Source: Anolis carolinensis
Taxonomy: Eukaryota
Direction: 5' to 3'
Assembly: GCF_035594765.1 (NCBI RefSeq)
Contig: NC_085844.1
Coordinates: 31,201,923-31,265,922, forward strand
Length of the DNA stretch: 64,000 bases
The notes under the pieces are model-generated. The model was given only the letters and a program-made list of their open reading frames with translations. It was not told the origin of the DNA and searched no databases. Position 1 is the first letter of the stretch; every line of letters starts with the position of its first letter. A program made the position numbers and the translations under genes. Positions 63,440 to 64,000 of this stretch are shown here, piece after piece.

Positions 63440-63641
63440 TACCTAAGAAGAATTTAAATACCACACATTGCTTTTTGGTGTAAAGGCTCTGAATATATGG
63501 TAAGTTTAAAGCAGAAGGGGAAATTGTGTGATCCTCCAAATGTTATTGAATTGCAATTCCCACTTTTCTTCATCATTTGCTAGGGGCTTGTTTACATTAA
63601 CACCACTAACAAATGGATTTCTTATAAACCTATTGATACAT

Positions 63642-63947
63642 AAAGGTAAAGGTTTTCCCCTGACATTAAGTCTAGTCGTGTCCGACTCTGGGGGATGGTG
63701 CTCATCTCCATTTCTAAGCTGAAGAGTCAGCGTTGTCCGCAGACACCTCCAAGGTCATGTGGTCGGCATGACTGCAAGACGGTACCTATTGATTTACTCA
63801 CATTTGCATGTTTTCAAACTGCTAGGTTGGCAGAAGCTGGGCCTAACAGTGGGAGCTCACCCTGCTCCCCGGATTCAAACCACCAACGGTTTGGTCAGTA
63901 AGTTCAACAGCTCAGCCATTTTAACCCGCTGCGCCACCGGGAGGCCA
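63642..63947 (-). mobile_element. Sauria SINE
   Basis: 11-bp TSD TATTGATACAT (63631-63641, 63948-63958). Confidence 0.92.
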
Positions 63948-64000
63948 TATTGATACATTTGAAAACGTTGTTTCACCACAGTTCTCAGAATCCCTAGCCA

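Noticed and set aside
1-64000. CRISPR arrays, operons or other prokaryotic systems
   Set aside because: The sequence is vertebrate; repeats are dispersed TEs and microsatellites with no repeat-spacer structure.

Overview
Vertebrate nuclear DNA. The transposon repertoire (Sauria SINEs, Anolis-type SINE2/L2, CR1, RTE, R4/Dong, Vingi, Penelope, SPIN-like hATs, Harbinger/Tigger MITEs, Helitron) points to a squamate, most likely an Anolis lizard. I recognise no host protein-coding exon; the window reads as a large intron or intergenic region, with TE relics separated by TE-free stretches that look like conserved non-coding elements. The standout is a 1055-bp solo LTR (8636-9690, TG...CA, perfect AAATA target-site duplication). 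Its U3 region carries an intact 137-codon acidic ORF containing DIFAAPSDEESFEGF, a helix-acidic-FxGF motif of the kind that binds LEDGF/p75 IBD and other TFIIS-N-terminal domains (TND). It aligns without gaps to the N-terminus of CDCA7L/JPO2 as I recall that sequence. This suggests an LTR retrotransposon that captured or mimics a host chromatin-tethering motif. Other notable items: minimal hammerhead ribozymes in Penelope ends, R4/Dong LINEs stacked in (TAA)n, a Helitron carrying captured TE fragments, a four-element nested insertion, a spacer-less 194-bp palindromic hAT MITE, and a candidate 103-nt minus-strand exon. Family names come from motif recognition, not from database searches.
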